Shown here piece by piece: positions 1 to 9,178 of a stretch of 64,000 nucleotides of DNA. This stretch comes from a bacterium (GTDB taxonomy: Bacteria > Patescibacteriota > Patescibacteriia > Patescibacteriales > GWC2-42-12): contig JAUSEG010000025.1 of NCBI GenBank assembly GCA_030650415.1, positions 11,916 to 75,915 on the forward strand. Reading direction: 5' to 3'. Positions within the stretch are counted from its first letter, which is position 1. Each line of letters opens with the position of its first letter. A model generated the notes under the pieces. That model made no database searches and was not told the origin of the DNA. It saw only the letters and a list, made by a program, of their open reading frames with translations. A program made the position numbers and the translations under genes.

Positions 1-22
1 ATTTTTATTATAAATTTATTTT

Positions 23-1462
23 TTATTCTTTTTTCTTGCTCTTTTTCTCCTTTTTTGGCTTTTCTACCGCCGGTTCTGGTTTAACTTCGGCCGGCTTGTC
101 CGCCAAATCCGCCAGCCGGCCGGAGTCGGCGGATGCGTCTTTGATTTTCTCGGTTTCAGCTTTTTCAGCTAACGCTTCAGGCGCTACTTCAGTGGCTTTT
201 TCGATTTCAACTTTTAATTCTTTTTCCGCTTCCGCTTTGGCTTGGTTTTTTTCGCCCACAATATCAATTTTCCATTCGGTTAAACGCGCGGCTAATCGGA
301 CGTTCTGCCCTTCGCGGCCGATAGCCAAAGATAATTGATCTTCTAAAACCTTGGCCACGGCTCTTTTCTCTTCATGATTCAATCCAACGCTGATAACTTT
401 AGCCGGCGATAAAGCATAGGCGATAAATTTGGCAATATCTTCATCATATTCAATAATATCAATTTTTTCTCCGCCTAATTCCTTAATGATAGTCTGGATT
501 CTCGCTCCGCGCTGGCCGACGCAAGAACCGATCGGATCAACGTTCTCGCCGCTCGCGAACACCGCCACTTTAGAACGATTGCCGGCTTCGCGCGCCACGG
601 CTTTTATTTCCACTAAGCCGTTGGCGATTTCCGGAATTTCCAGATAGAAAACTTTTTTCAATATTTCATCCGAAGTTCTGGATAAAATAATTTCCGGACC
701 TCTGGTGGTTGTACCGACATATTTTACAAAAACTTTTATTCGATCGCCCGGATTATATCTTTCGCCCATAATCTGCTCCTCGGACGGCAGAACGCCGACC
801 GCCTTGCCTAAATCAACGAGCACGACGTTGCTTTCGCGTCTTTGGATAACTCCGGCCACGACTTCATGCTCTTTACTTTTGAATTCGCTAAAAATCATTT
901 CACGCTCGGCTTCTCTTAATTTCTGGATAATTACCTGCTTAGCGGTTTGCGCGGCCATGCGTCCGTAAGCCGCCGGAACGGTCAATTTTGTTTTAATAAC
1001 ATCGTCAACCTTAGCGCTCTTTTTAATTAATATGGCGTCCTTAATCTGCAATTCGGTTTTAGGATTAAATTTTCTTTCTTCGACGGCTTCGCCAGCAACT
1101 TCCACCGACGCGTCTTTTTTCTCTACTTTAGTTTCGCTTTTTTTAGCCTTCGCCTGCTTTTTCTTGTCGGTTTTTTCTTTGGCTTCATCAGCCGCGGTTT
1201 CGACGGTAGCGATCTTTTCCTCGGTGCCTTCCTCGGCAACGGGCAAAATCTCTTCGGGCATGTCTAAAACCACGGTTTTAACGTCATAAACTTTTGAGGC
1301 GCCGGTTTCCGGGTCAAATTCAACTTTAATATTTTGGTTTTTCTCGCCAAAATCCTTGCGGTAAGCCGCGGCCAAGGCCGACTCGATGGTTTCTAAAACC
1401 GCTTCGTAGCTTAAATTTTTTTCTTCGCAGATTTGCTTAATCGCGTTAGTGATATCAGACAT
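23..1462 (-). CDS. nusA: Transcription termination/antitermination factor NusA
   Basis: 479-aa ORF with a NusA N-terminal domain, an S1 domain (VVAGVIQRRESNVVLVDLG) and two KH motifs (VDPIGSCVGQRGARIQ, LAIGREGQNVRLAARLT). It carries a charged low-complexity insert (aa ~68-135) and a Lys/Glu tail. Confidence 0.92.
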   Translation of the reverse strand: MSDITNAIKQICEEKNLSYEAVLETIESALAAAYRKDFGEKNQNIKVEFDPETGASKVYDVKTVVLDMPEEILPVAEEGTEEKIATVETAADEAKEKTDKKKQAKAKKSETKVEKKDASVEVAGEAVEERKFNPKTELQIKDAILIKKSAKVDDVIKTKLTVPAAYGRMAAQTAKQVIIQKLREAEREMIFSEFKSKEHEVVAGVIQRRESNVVLVDLGKAVGVLPSEEQIMGERYNPGDRIKVFVKYVGTTTRGPEIILSRTSDEILKKVFYLEIPEIANGLVEIKAVAREAGNRSKVAVFASGENVDPIGSCVGQRGARIQTIIKELGGEKIDIIEYDEDIAKFIAYALSPAKVISVGLNHEEKRAVAKVLEDQLSLAIGREGQNVRLAARLTEWKIDIVGEKNQAKAEAEKELKVEIEKATEVAPEALAEKAETEKIKDASADSGRLADLADKPAEVKPEPAVEKPKKEKKSKKKE

Positions 1463-1476
1463 ATGTTCTTATTTAT

Positions 1477-1508
1477 ACCCCCTTTAACAAAGGGGGTTGG
1501 GGGATTTA
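1477..1508. repeat. Family F hairpin: ACCCCCTTTAACAAAGGGGG-N-TTGGGGGATTT
   Basis: ACCCCCTTTAACAAAGGGGGTTGGGGGATTTA. It is nearly identical to 9480-9512. Confidence 0.85.
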
Positions 1509-1602
1509 ATTAAATAAAAAGGCTAGTTTGAATTTAATCAACTAGCCTTAGTATTTGTATATTAACATGTCATTAAATCGCTGTCAATCAGTTCACAGGC
1601 CT

Positions 1603-3765
1603 TTATTTTTTTAATGGATCATATCCATTAGCGACTTCAGCGCCGTCTGAATATCCATCGCCGTCGGTATCTTTCTTTTTTGGATCCGTGCCCAGTTCTT
1701 CTTCCCTGTCATCTGTCAGCAAATCTCCGTCGCTGTCCACTCCTCGGCTGGCGCCGGAATAGGTAATAGCCTGCATAGCATTCCACTCCTCGGTTGTTTT
1801 CGGTGTATGTCCATAAATGGCTTTGAAAATTTTAATACCGGCCTTTTCGGAATTTAAATTGCGGTTTTCAGCTTTTTGTCTTAAACCATAAGACATTATT
1901 TTTACCGCCGCCGAGTCTTTAGCCCCATTCATGTCCGGTTGTCTTTTGTAAATTTTTGCAAATTGATCTTTGGCCGCTTGCTCCGCGGTATTGCTGATTA
2001 CAGACGGAAATCTGCCATTGGCGATTTTAATCACATCGGCCAATTCGGCTTCGGTTTGCGGCAGTTTGTCGAAGGCGGCTTTATACGAATTTATCACCGC
2101 CGCTCTTTCGCCGGCGCTTAATTTCTGGGTGTTAGCGTCCACGCCGTAAGTAATGAAATTGTTAAGCGCGGCCTGGCTGTCCGCCGATATGCCCTGGACA
2201 TTTTTTAGCAATAAGCTTAAATATTTGATTTGAGTTTGCTGTTCTTTAATGATACTCCGAAGCTGATTTAATTCAGCCAATATTTCACTCATCTTGTCGT
2301 TAGTCAGAAGGTTGGCGTTGACGATTATTTTACTAATTTGGGTGTCTGGTGTTACTGTTGATTTAAACGAGCTGCTTGGAACTATATTTGAAGATGGAAT
2401 ATTTATTTTCGCGCTAGTATTATCAGCAAAATAAACGAGTAAATAGCCGCCGCTAAAGGTCTGACTGACCGGATAACCATAAGCGTAAAAACTCTTAGTT
2501 CCGCCACTTCCATTTATGGTCCAAAGGGGCAAGAGCGCGTCCGTTTGATGAATATAAACTTCAGCAGAGGCTGACTGCGAGGCGGTTATCGCTAAAGTAT
2601 ATAGAAACTTGCTTAGAGGATTGTTCGCCGAAGCATCGGTCGCCCAGCCTTCACCGGAAGAATTATGGACCAAGGCCATTCGCTTAATATTTTTAGCCGC
2701 CAGTCCGGAATTAGTTAAATTAATAGACCACTTCCAATCCGGAGCATGAATATAACCGCCATCACCCCATTTCGGCGCTTTATCTTCATCCGCGCTAATT
2801 AAAGCTACCGTCCCAGATACGCCGGTATTAACTTCTGAAGATGCGGTTATGGTAAAATAATTGTCGCTAGAATCTGCTGCAGCGGGCACAACCCCCGAAG
2901 AAAAATATACTTTGATGCGATATTGACCGAGCCTTGCTACAAATTCTGTCACCTCTGAACTGTTTTGAATGATCCAATTGAACGAACCATCGTTTGGTTC
3001 TCCTTGAGATAATCCTCGAATGGCAGTACCGCTTTGATCAATAAGTTCAATTCCTATAGTTGCAGTATTAATACTCGTCCCTAAATCTTTTGAACTCCAA
3101 CGAATATTCATTGTATCTCCAATTTTATATGTCTCTCCCCCGTTCGGGCTTAAAACGGTAATGGTGGGCTGGGCTACGGGTTTCGTGGCGCAGGCGCCAT
3201 CCTTGGAATAGCCGGTAGAACATGGCGTAAGAATATTTGAAACTTGACCGTCGTCAGTACAATAGCCTTCAGCAACCGATGTGCAAGAATCGCCGGAGCA
3301 GACTCCGCCATTTGAACCAACAGACACGTCATTAAAATACGAACCAATTCCATTAACTCGCCCATCGGTCAAACCGGCCACATCCGGATTCTTTCCGCCG
3401 TCGGAATCGGTGCAGGAAGGCTGGGTACAAGTCGAGAACGTAAGAATCCCTCCATTGAGATAGCGTTGAATCAATGCTAAATCGGTCGAAGTTACCGTAC
3501 CGCTGTTATTCACATCGGCACGACGTTTTTCCTCGTCTGTCAATACTCTTTTTAAAAGAATGCCTGCCTGCGTGTAGTCTAAGTCAGTCTGAGACACCCA
3601 TCCATCGTTGTCGACATCTCCGTAATTGCCGCAAGGAGGGGCTTTACGGGAGGGCGCGGTGATGGTTATTGATTTTACAAGAGAATTGTTTTGATAATTT
3701 AACTCTTGAAAATTTTGTGGTATCGGATTAACAAGAACATTTACTACATGTGTTCCTGGCCATGC
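1603..3765 (-). CDS. Distal part of an interrupted or readthrough modular surface protein (dockerin-like repeats, Cys-rich module, VLSPNGGE Ig-like module, coiled coil, shared C-terminal domain, TSP3-like Ca-binding tail)
   Basis: The frame is open from 3765 down to 1603 and is the same frame as 3766..4665. No ATG, GTG or TTG occurs between 3765 and 3598. The track start (GTG at 3597) falls inside a dockerin-type repeat (GDVDNDGWVSQTDLDY, then ADVNNSGTVTSTDLALIQRYLNG). The last ~180 aa are paralogous to the C-terminus of 5952..8297. The tail is DSDGDLLTDD...DTDGDGYSDGAE. Confidence 0.6.
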   Translation of the reverse strand, partial: AWPGTHVVNVLVNPIPQNFQELNYQNNSLVKSITITAPSRKAPPCGNYGDVDNDGWVSQTDLDYTQAGILLKRVLTDEEKRRADVNNSGTVTSTDLALIQRYLNGGILTFSTCTQPSCTDSDGGKNPDVAGLTDGRVNGIGSYFNDVSVGSNGGVCSGDSCTSVAEGYCTDDGQVSNILTPCSTGYSKDGACATKPVAQPTITVLSPNGGETYKIGDTMNIRWSSKDLGTSINTATIGIELIDQSGTAIRGLSQGEPNDGSFNWIIQNSSEVTEFVARLGQYRIKVYFSSGVVPAAADSSDNYFTITASSEVNTGVSGTVALISADEDKAPKWGDGGYIHAPDWKWSINLTNSGLAAKNIKRMALVHNSSGEGWATDASANNPLSKFLYTLAITASQSASAEVYIHQTDALLPLWTINGSGGTKSFYAYGYPVSQTFSGGYLLVYFADNTSAKINIPSSNIVPSSSFKSTVTPDTQISKIIVNANLLTNDKMSEILAELNQLRSIIKEQQTQIKYLSLLLKNVQGISADSQAALNNFITYGVDANTQKLSAGERAAVINSYKAAFDKLPQTEAELADVIKIANGRFPSVISNTAEQAAKDQFAKIYKRQPDMNGAKDSAAVKIMSYGLRQKAENRNLNSEKAGIKIFKAIYGHTPKTTEEWNAMQAITYSGASRGVDSDGDLLTDDREEELGTDPKKKDTDGDGYSDGAEVANGYDPLKK

Positions 3766-4644
3766 TTAATTAGTGGAAGGACCAATTATTTCAATCTCTT
3801 GGCCGCTACTTATTTGATCTCCAATAGTATATGATTTTTTTACATAAACTGGCTCGGAAATTCCACCTAACCAGCCAAGATTACCCTCAAAATTCATCCC
3901 TAAGTCAAGATTGATCGTAAGTATATAATTTCCTCCTATATTTTTTACTGTTGCGTAATAGTAATTCCCGGGATTTCCTCCACTAAAATATTTAACACCT
4001 AAGTCTGTAACTATAAAGTCTGCGATAGATTGCTGGGCGGAAGAAAATACCGCGCCAAGCTGATGGTTTTGATTCATAGTTAATGTACAAATCTGCGGCG
4101 AACCACCTGTACAACCTCCGCTGTCGCCAGTACTAGTGCTCCAACTAGTGAAGACGCCTCCGCTGGCGGGCGTTGCGATTAGAGCCACGGCCGTACCTGC
4201 CGAAAAAGAGGCTCCACAGTAACCAGACTTAGTTCTGTTAATAACGTGGCAGATGATGCCGGCAGGAGAACTCACAATAGTTCCGTCCGTTCCGCTAGGA
4301 TTTAGGGCTATTGAGTAAGCAGGGATTGTACAATCAAATGTGACAGTTTCATCTACTCCATCCGAAACTGTATAAGCAGAGCCGACGCAAGAGCTTCCCC
4401 AGGTTATTTGCGTACCCGGGGCATTTGTATCAACCCAACCACAAGAGCCAGTTCCGCCACAACCGCCACCAGAATAAAGACTATTGCTGTTTTCAGTGTT
4501 CATGGTATGACATTCTTGCGCGGAAACCGAACCTTGAAAAACGCATGTTACTTTTTTCTGAACATTAGCGTAAGAATTTTTAGCAAAGAAAAAAGTGCTT
4601 CCAATTATTAAAGCAAACGATAAAAATAGTATTTTTTTACTCAT
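3766..4644 (-). CDS. Proximal part of the same surface protein (signal peptide, Cys-rich module, InlB-B-repeat-like module, CARDB-like module)
   Basis: Signal peptide MSKKILFLSFALIIGSTFFFAKNSYA, homologous to the start of 5952..8297, so I prefer the ATG at 4644 over 4665. The Cys-rich module KKVTCVFQGS..FDCT is shared with the 781-aa paralogue. The ORF ends at TAA 3766-3768, which is in frame with the downstream ORF. Confidence 0.65.
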   Translation of the reverse strand: MSKKILFLSFALIIGSTFFFAKNSYANVQKKVTCVFQGSVSAQECHTMNTENSNSLYSGGGCGGTGSCGWVDTNAPGTQITWGSSCVGSAYTVSDGVDETVTFDCTIPAYSIALNPSGTDGTIVSSPAGIICHVINRTKSGYCGASFSAGTAVALIATPASGGVFTSWSTSTGDSGGCTGGSPQICTLTMNQNHQLGAVFSSAQQSIADFIVTDLGVKYFSGGNPGNYYYATVKNIGGNYILTINLDLGMNFEGNLGWLGGISEPVYVKKSYTIGDQISSGQEIEIIGPSTN

Positions 4645-4752
4645 TTTTTTAATTATTTTAGGCATTTAAATTTAAGCACCTAAAAAAAGTTAGATTTATA
4701 AAAATATATAAAAAAAACTTATTTTTCTAAAAATTTTCTATGTTCAACTACC

Positions 4753-4781
4753 TTTATAATATCACCCCCCCCTATCGTCAA
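4753..4781 (-). promoter_or_regulatory. Sigma70-type promoter TTGACG-17-TATAAA with a G8 tract inside the spacer
   Basis: Minus strand reads TTGACG ATAGGGGGGGGTGATAT TATAAA. The C8 run on the plus strand is 4765-4772. The site lies ~110 nt upstream of the surface-protein start. Confidence 0.45.
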
Positions 4782-4829
4782 CCGGTCAATATTATTTTAA
4801 CCTATACATTCCCCACTTTTTCCATCCGT

Positions 4830-5699
4830 TTATAATAATTTCCTTTTCTCCAAATTTTTTAAAAAATTACCGCCGGTAATTACTTTCTTCCCCGTTTTTC
4901 TTTCCAAGTCAATTCTCGCCACCTTCGCCACTCCGCCGCCTCTTTTTCCGGCAAGCTTATTTTCGCTCAGACCTTTGGCTTCTATGGTTTCCGCTATCTG
5001 CCTGGTGGACAGCTCGGCCAAGGCGGTAAAAATCAATTCCGCTTCGCTCATATGATCGCGTAAATTTTGCGTTTTCAATCCTTTCAATTTTTTATGCTCT
5101 TTAACGGTTACTTCCGACCATTCCTCGTGAATAATATTAGTCAGAATGGCAAATTCAGCTTTTTCTTTGATGCCGTTGCCGCTCCAATAATCAGTCAGCT
5201 TATTTCTTGTTTCCTGCCCCATCATCCGTTGCTGGATCCACTTTTCACTGCGGCCGTGCTTTTGCCAATTTTCCCGAGCGCGATTAAGAGATTTTTCCGG
5301 ATCAATCAGCTCCTGAATTCTTTCATAGCCTGCTTTAGCCAGCCAGAGCTTTATCGGTTCGGCTTTTGGACTGGGCACGGATTGAATTAATCGAAAAATA
5401 GTTTCGGGATTTGCTGCATCGGTTTCCCTCATTTTTCCATCTTCCGCAATCATTTTCAACTGGTTACATTTTGTAACCACTTCGCTTCCTTCCGCTTTCA
5501 AGCGATTTTTAAGCACTTTCCAGTAATTTCTGGCAACTTGATAATCCGGTTGATCAATTAAAGCCCGAACAATATCAATAACGGAAAAATACCAAACCTC
5601 CGTCTTTTCATCATACTGACGGCGGATTTTAAAATTTTCAAAAATTGCGATTTTATTGTCCATAGAACTCATTTTATCAAGCGGATTAGCTATTTCCAT
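4830..5699 (-). CDS. Bro-N domain / DinD-like (phage antirepressor-type) protein
   Basis: The N-terminus ([29 protein letters not shown]) resembles a Bro-N domain, and the remainder resembles DinD-family proteins. ATG at 5699 is preferred because a TATAAT box sits 6 nt upstream; the track start at 5714 is a TTG inside that box. Confidence 0.6.
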   Translation of the reverse strand: MEIANPLDKMSSMDNKIAIFENFKIRRQYDEKTEVWYFSVIDIVRALIDQPDYQVARNYWKVLKNRLKAEGSEVVTKCNQLKMIAEDGKMRETDAANPETIFRLIQSVPSPKAEPIKLWLAKAGYERIQELIDPEKSLNRARENWQKHGRSEKWIQQRMMGQETRNKLTDYWSGNGIKEKAEFAILTNIIHEEWSEVTVKEHKKLKGLKTQNLRDHMSEAELIFTALAELSTRQIAETIEAKGLSENKLAGKRGGGVAKVARIDLERKTGKKVITGGNFLKNLEKRKLL

Positions 5700-5750
5700 A
5701 ATGCTATTATACAAAAATCAGCAGGATAATACAACTTATTCTAAACAACG

Positions 5751-5816
5751 CCCCTTTAACAAAGGGGTGAAGCCTGCCCGCAACGCTTCGCTTGCGAGGC
5801 GGGCGGGGGAATTTTT
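5751..5816. repeat. Family F hairpin carrying a nested GC hairpin
   Basis: CCCCTTTAACAAAGGGG + TGAAGCCTGCCCGCAACGCTTCGCTTGCGAGGCGGGC + GGGGGAATTT. Confidence 0.7.
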
Positions 5817-5877
5817 CACCTAGAAGCTACAAATAAAAAACAACCCAATAAATGAGTTGTTTTTTATGAATTTATTT

Positions 5878-5941
5878 GCCCCCTTGCTTGTCCTCCAAAG
5901 CTTTAGCGTCGGCGGGACAGGGGGGGGCTAAGGGGGATTAT
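5878..5941. repeat. Family F-related hairpin (variant stem, same GGGGGATTAT tail)
   Basis: GCCCCCTTGCTTGTCC...GGGACAGGGGGGGGCTAAGGGGGATTAT. Confidence 0.55.
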
Positions 5942-5951
5942 TCCATTTTTA

Positions 5952-8297
5952 TTATCTGGTCGCGCCCGAATAAGTAATCGCCTGCATAGTATTCCAATCT
6001 TCGGTGGTTTTAGGCACGCTGCCAAAAATATTCTTAAATATTTTTATGCCGGCTTTTTCACTGTTTAAATTCCGGTTTTCCGCTTTCTGCCTTAAACCGT
6101 AAGCCATAACTTTAATGGCCGCGTTATCGTTGGCGTCATTCAAATCAACCGCTCTTTTATATATTTTGACGAACTGCTCTTTAGCGGCTTTTTCCGCCTC
6201 TAAGCTTGTTACCAAAGGGAACCGGCCGTTGGCGATTTTAATGGCATCGGCCAATTCGGCTTCAGTTTCCGGCAGTTTATCAAAAGCGGCTTTATATGAA
6301 TTTATAACCGCCGCTCTTTCACCGGCGCCCAGCTTCTCGGTGTTCGCGTCTACGCCATAAGTTATAAAATTATTAATCGCGTCCTGGCTTTTTTCTGATA
6401 AATTTTTAACATCTTTTACCAGCGAAGTTAAATATTTAATTTCAGTTTGCTGTTCCTTAATAATACTGCGAAGCTGATTTAATTCAGCCAGAATGAAATC
6501 AAAATTATTGTAAGATAACAATTTTGACTTTTCATTTATGTCTAAAATTTGTTCACTTGGAGACTGAGAAATAGTCGATATCGTTGGCGTAGGCGTGGTT
6601 GTAGCTGAAGCCGCGCAATCAAAGATGGCGTAATCGCTTGATCCATCCATAACCGAATAGGCGTAGCCGCCGCAAGAACTTTTCCAAGTTATTTTATCGC
6701 CATTTATGCCTTTCATATCAATAACGCAAGCTTCTATTCCACTGCAGCCATAACCGGCATAAGAGCTGGAGTCATCGGTGGCAGTGTAGCATTTTTGCTC
6801 GGAAGTAGCGCCTTTGAAAACACATTTTACTTGTTCTTCAACAGCAACGGAAGGGGCAGTGATGGTGAAGTAGAAGTCGCTTGAATCACAACGATCAGAA
6901 CCAGAAACACAAACTTGAATAGTGTATAAGCCATCAGAAACTAACGATAATAAATCATCAGCTAAAATTATACTGCCAACCGACCAATCATATGATGAAC
7001 CGTATATGCCTTTAGCAACTATATATGGTGCATTTGATGGATATGCTGGGCATGGGCTTCCTGCCACACAAGGCGGATAGTATGGAGCAAGTTTAATGTC
7101 ATAAAACTTTGCAACTGGAATACTTAATGCACAGTATGCGCCTGTCGGGCATGGCGGAACTACGCTGTTATCCTGCCACCTGATTGTCTGTATTGTTCCC
7201 TTTGCCCAACTTTCTCCCCCGTTCGGACTTAAAACGGTGATGGAGGGTTGAGTGGTATTGCCAATTGTAATCGAAAATAAATATGAGTCACTACCGCCGA
7301 CACAATCAGATACCTTAACTTTCACTTGATATGCTCCCGCTTTCGCCCACGCATGATTCTCACTTAAATTCCAGCCCGTGCCAGTTTGTCTACGAACCGA
7401 GCTACATGAACTAACTTGCCCAATGCCCTCGCCCCAATCCACTGACCATGACAAATCATCGTTATCCGGATCTGTCGCCGATAAGGAGATGTTTACTGTT
7501 TGTCCTGGTTGAATGTTCGTCGGGATTGCAGGAAAACCAACAATTTTTGGTAAACCATTATTTGAACTGTCAGAAACTATTTTAAAGTATGAATCGCTTG
7601 AATCCATAACCAAGGTTTCGCCAACATAGGTTTTAATTTCAAGCGTATAATCACCCATTGGAATGTTTGCGGAAACAATAACTTCTTGCCCATCATTTAG
7701 GACATTTGTAGCCAAGTTGTATTCCCGACCATTCGGATAAGCCCGAAGCCGAATAATATTAATGGCATGAGACGATGGTACATTTTTTGTCTGCCAATTT
7801 ACGATAATTGGACTGCCATCATTCTTGTATGTCTCTCCGCCGTTAGGCGAAAGGATGGTGACGGAAGGTTGATCAACATCAATAATTTTAAAATATGAAT
7901 CGCTTGAATCCATAACCAGAGTTTCGCCAACATATGTTTTGATTTCAAGAGTATAGGCGCCAACTGGCACAGAAAATGGTATTGGTATAACTTCTTGACC
8001 GTCATTCAATACATTCATGGCCAAATTATATTCCTGACCGCTTGGATAAACCCGAAGCCTAATAATATCAATTGCATGAGATGCCGGAACATTGTTCGTC
8101 TGCCACTTTACGGTAATTGGACTACCATCGTTTTTGTATGTCTCGCCGCCGTTCGGCGAAAGAATAGTGACGGAGGGTTGAGTGGCAGAGGTTACGGCCG
8201 CGCCAGAAGCGTCAACTGCCAAACCAAATCTGACTCCGGCGAAAAAGCTAACGCCGATTATCAAAGCTACGAATAAAAACAATATTTTCTTGCTCAT
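5952..8297 (-). CDS. Modular secreted surface protein (2 tandem Ig-like repeats, PKD-like domain, third VLSPNGGE module, Cys-rich module, coiled coil, shared C-terminal domain)
   Basis: 781-aa ORF with a signal peptide. It has a PKD-like stretch (SATDPDNDDLSWSVDWGEG...KVKVSDCVGG). The Cys-rich module and the C-terminal ~180 aa are paralogous to 1603..4665. Confidence 0.8.
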   Translation of the reverse strand: MSKKILFLFVALIIGVSFFAGVRFGLAVDASGAAVTSATQPSVTILSPNGGETYKNDGSPITVKWQTNNVPASHAIDIIRLRVYPSGQEYNLAMNVLNDGQEVIPIPFSVPVGAYTLEIKTYVGETLVMDSSDSYFKIIDVDQPSVTILSPNGGETYKNDGSPIIVNWQTKNVPSSHAINIIRLRAYPNGREYNLATNVLNDGQEVIVSANIPMGDYTLEIKTYVGETLVMDSSDSYFKIVSDSSNNGLPKIVGFPAIPTNIQPGQTVNISLSATDPDNDDLSWSVDWGEGIGQVSSCSSVRRQTGTGWNLSENHAWAKAGAYQVKVKVSDCVGGSDSYLFSITIGNTTQPSITVLSPNGGESWAKGTIQTIRWQDNSVVPPCPTGAYCALSIPVAKFYDIKLAPYYPPCVAGSPCPAYPSNAPYIVAKGIYGSSYDWSVGSIILADDLLSLVSDGLYTIQVCVSGSDRCDSSDFYFTITAPSVAVEEQVKCVFKGATSEQKCYTATDDSSSYAGYGCSGIEACVIDMKGINGDKITWKSSCGGYAYSVMDGSSDYAIFDCAASATTTPTPTISTISQSPSEQILDINEKSKLLSYNNFDFILAELNQLRSIIKEQQTEIKYLTSLVKDVKNLSEKSQDAINNFITYGVDANTEKLGAGERAAVINSYKAAFDKLPETEAELADAIKIANGRFPLVTSLEAEKAAKEQFVKIYKRAVDLNDANDNAAIKVMAYGLRQKAENRNLNSEKAGIKIFKNIFGSVPKTTEDWNTMQAITYSGATR
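7575..8180 (-). repeat. Tandem duplication inside the surface-protein CDS (2 units of ~100 codons)
   Basis: aa 40-142 and 143-241 both start QPSVTILSPNGGETYKNDGSPI and end GETLVMDSSDSYFKI. By eye they are more than 80% identical. Confidence 0.85.
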
Positions 8298-8437
8298 TTT
8301 TTTGATTCTTTTGGCTATTTAAATCTAACCAGCCAAAAACTGTTAAATTTATTAAAAATATATAAAAAACTTATTTTTAAAATTTCTCTACCAATACTAT
8401 TTGACGGCTAGCGTTAACTTCTCTTACCAATTAACTA

Positions 8438-8466
8438 ATATTACCACAATTTTTAACACTCGTCAA
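8438..8466 (-). promoter_or_regulatory. Sigma70-type promoter TTGACG-17-TAATAT of the 781-aa surface protein gene
   Basis: Minus strand reads TTGACG AGTGTTAAAAATTGTGG TAATAT. GGGGGAGGGGGA abuts the -35 on its upstream side. Confidence 0.45.
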
Positions 8467-8566
8467 TCCCCCTCCCCCTAAAATATTAGCTAAAATTAAA
8501 TAAAAAAAACGTCATTTAAAAAACGCTTCTGAAAATTAAAGATGATTATTAGATTTTTTCGGCTTT

Positions 8567-9178
8567 TCAGTCTAAAGAAAATTCTGTCAGCTTGGTTTTA
8601 ATTACTTTATCGGCAACCTCAAAACCGGGAAGAAATTCAACGCTTTCCTGATAATTTATGCCCTCAAAATATGCTAGCTGGCTTCTAAAAAGTTTTTCAT
8701 TAAACTCGCTTTTGAAAATTTCCAGGCCTTTGGCCGAAATTTGTCGGATATTAAAATGATCTTTAATGATAAAATACAAGTCAACATAATCTTTCCATTT
8801 GGCCCGCTGTCCTAAAGCATAGGCCTTCATGGCCGCCAGTGTAATGAGATTAGGCATTTTTATTTGATAACCGAAGCTTTCAGAATATTTAATTTCGTAT
8901 GGATAACGGAAAAAGGTTATTTTCACGCCTTTAATGATAAAGGTCAGCTCATCCAATTTATTGACAATTATTTTATCCGGCGGACTGAAAGCGGAAATTT
9001 TATTGAGCAAGCCCTGGTTACCGAACCTTTTTATGGAAAAAAGGTCAAAATCTATTGATCGGCGATGGCCCAGATGAAGAGCGATGGCCGTGCCGCCGAC
9101 CAAGCCGAAGTTTCGGGAAAACTTCGCGATCAGCGGCAATAATATATCCTGTTCATTAGTAAAAATTTCCTTATGCAT
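8567..9178 (-). CDS. AbiEii/AbiGii-type nucleotidyltransferase toxin (DUF1814-like)
   Basis: The N-terminal motif FGLVGGTAIALHLGHRRSIDFDLF resembles the AbiEii nucleotidyltransferase signature. The ORF is 203 aa. Confidence 0.6.
   Translation of the reverse strand: MHKEIFTNEQDILLPLIAKFSRNFGLVGGTAIALHLGHRRSIDFDLFSIKRFGNQGLLNKISAFSPPDKIIVNKLDELTFIIKGVKITFFRYPYEIKYSESFGYQIKMPNLITLAAMKAYALGQRAKWKDYVDLYFIIKDHFNIRQISAKGLEIFKSEFNEKLFRSQLAYFEGINYQESVEFLPGFEVADKVIKTKLTEFSLD

Noticed and set aside
1603-8297. A diversity-generating retroelement acting on the paralogous surface-protein C-termini
   Set aside because: Nucleotide differences between the two ~500-bp homologous regions involve all four bases rather than adenine-specific substitutions. 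No reverse transcriptase ORF (no YxDD-type motif) occurs anywhere in the window.
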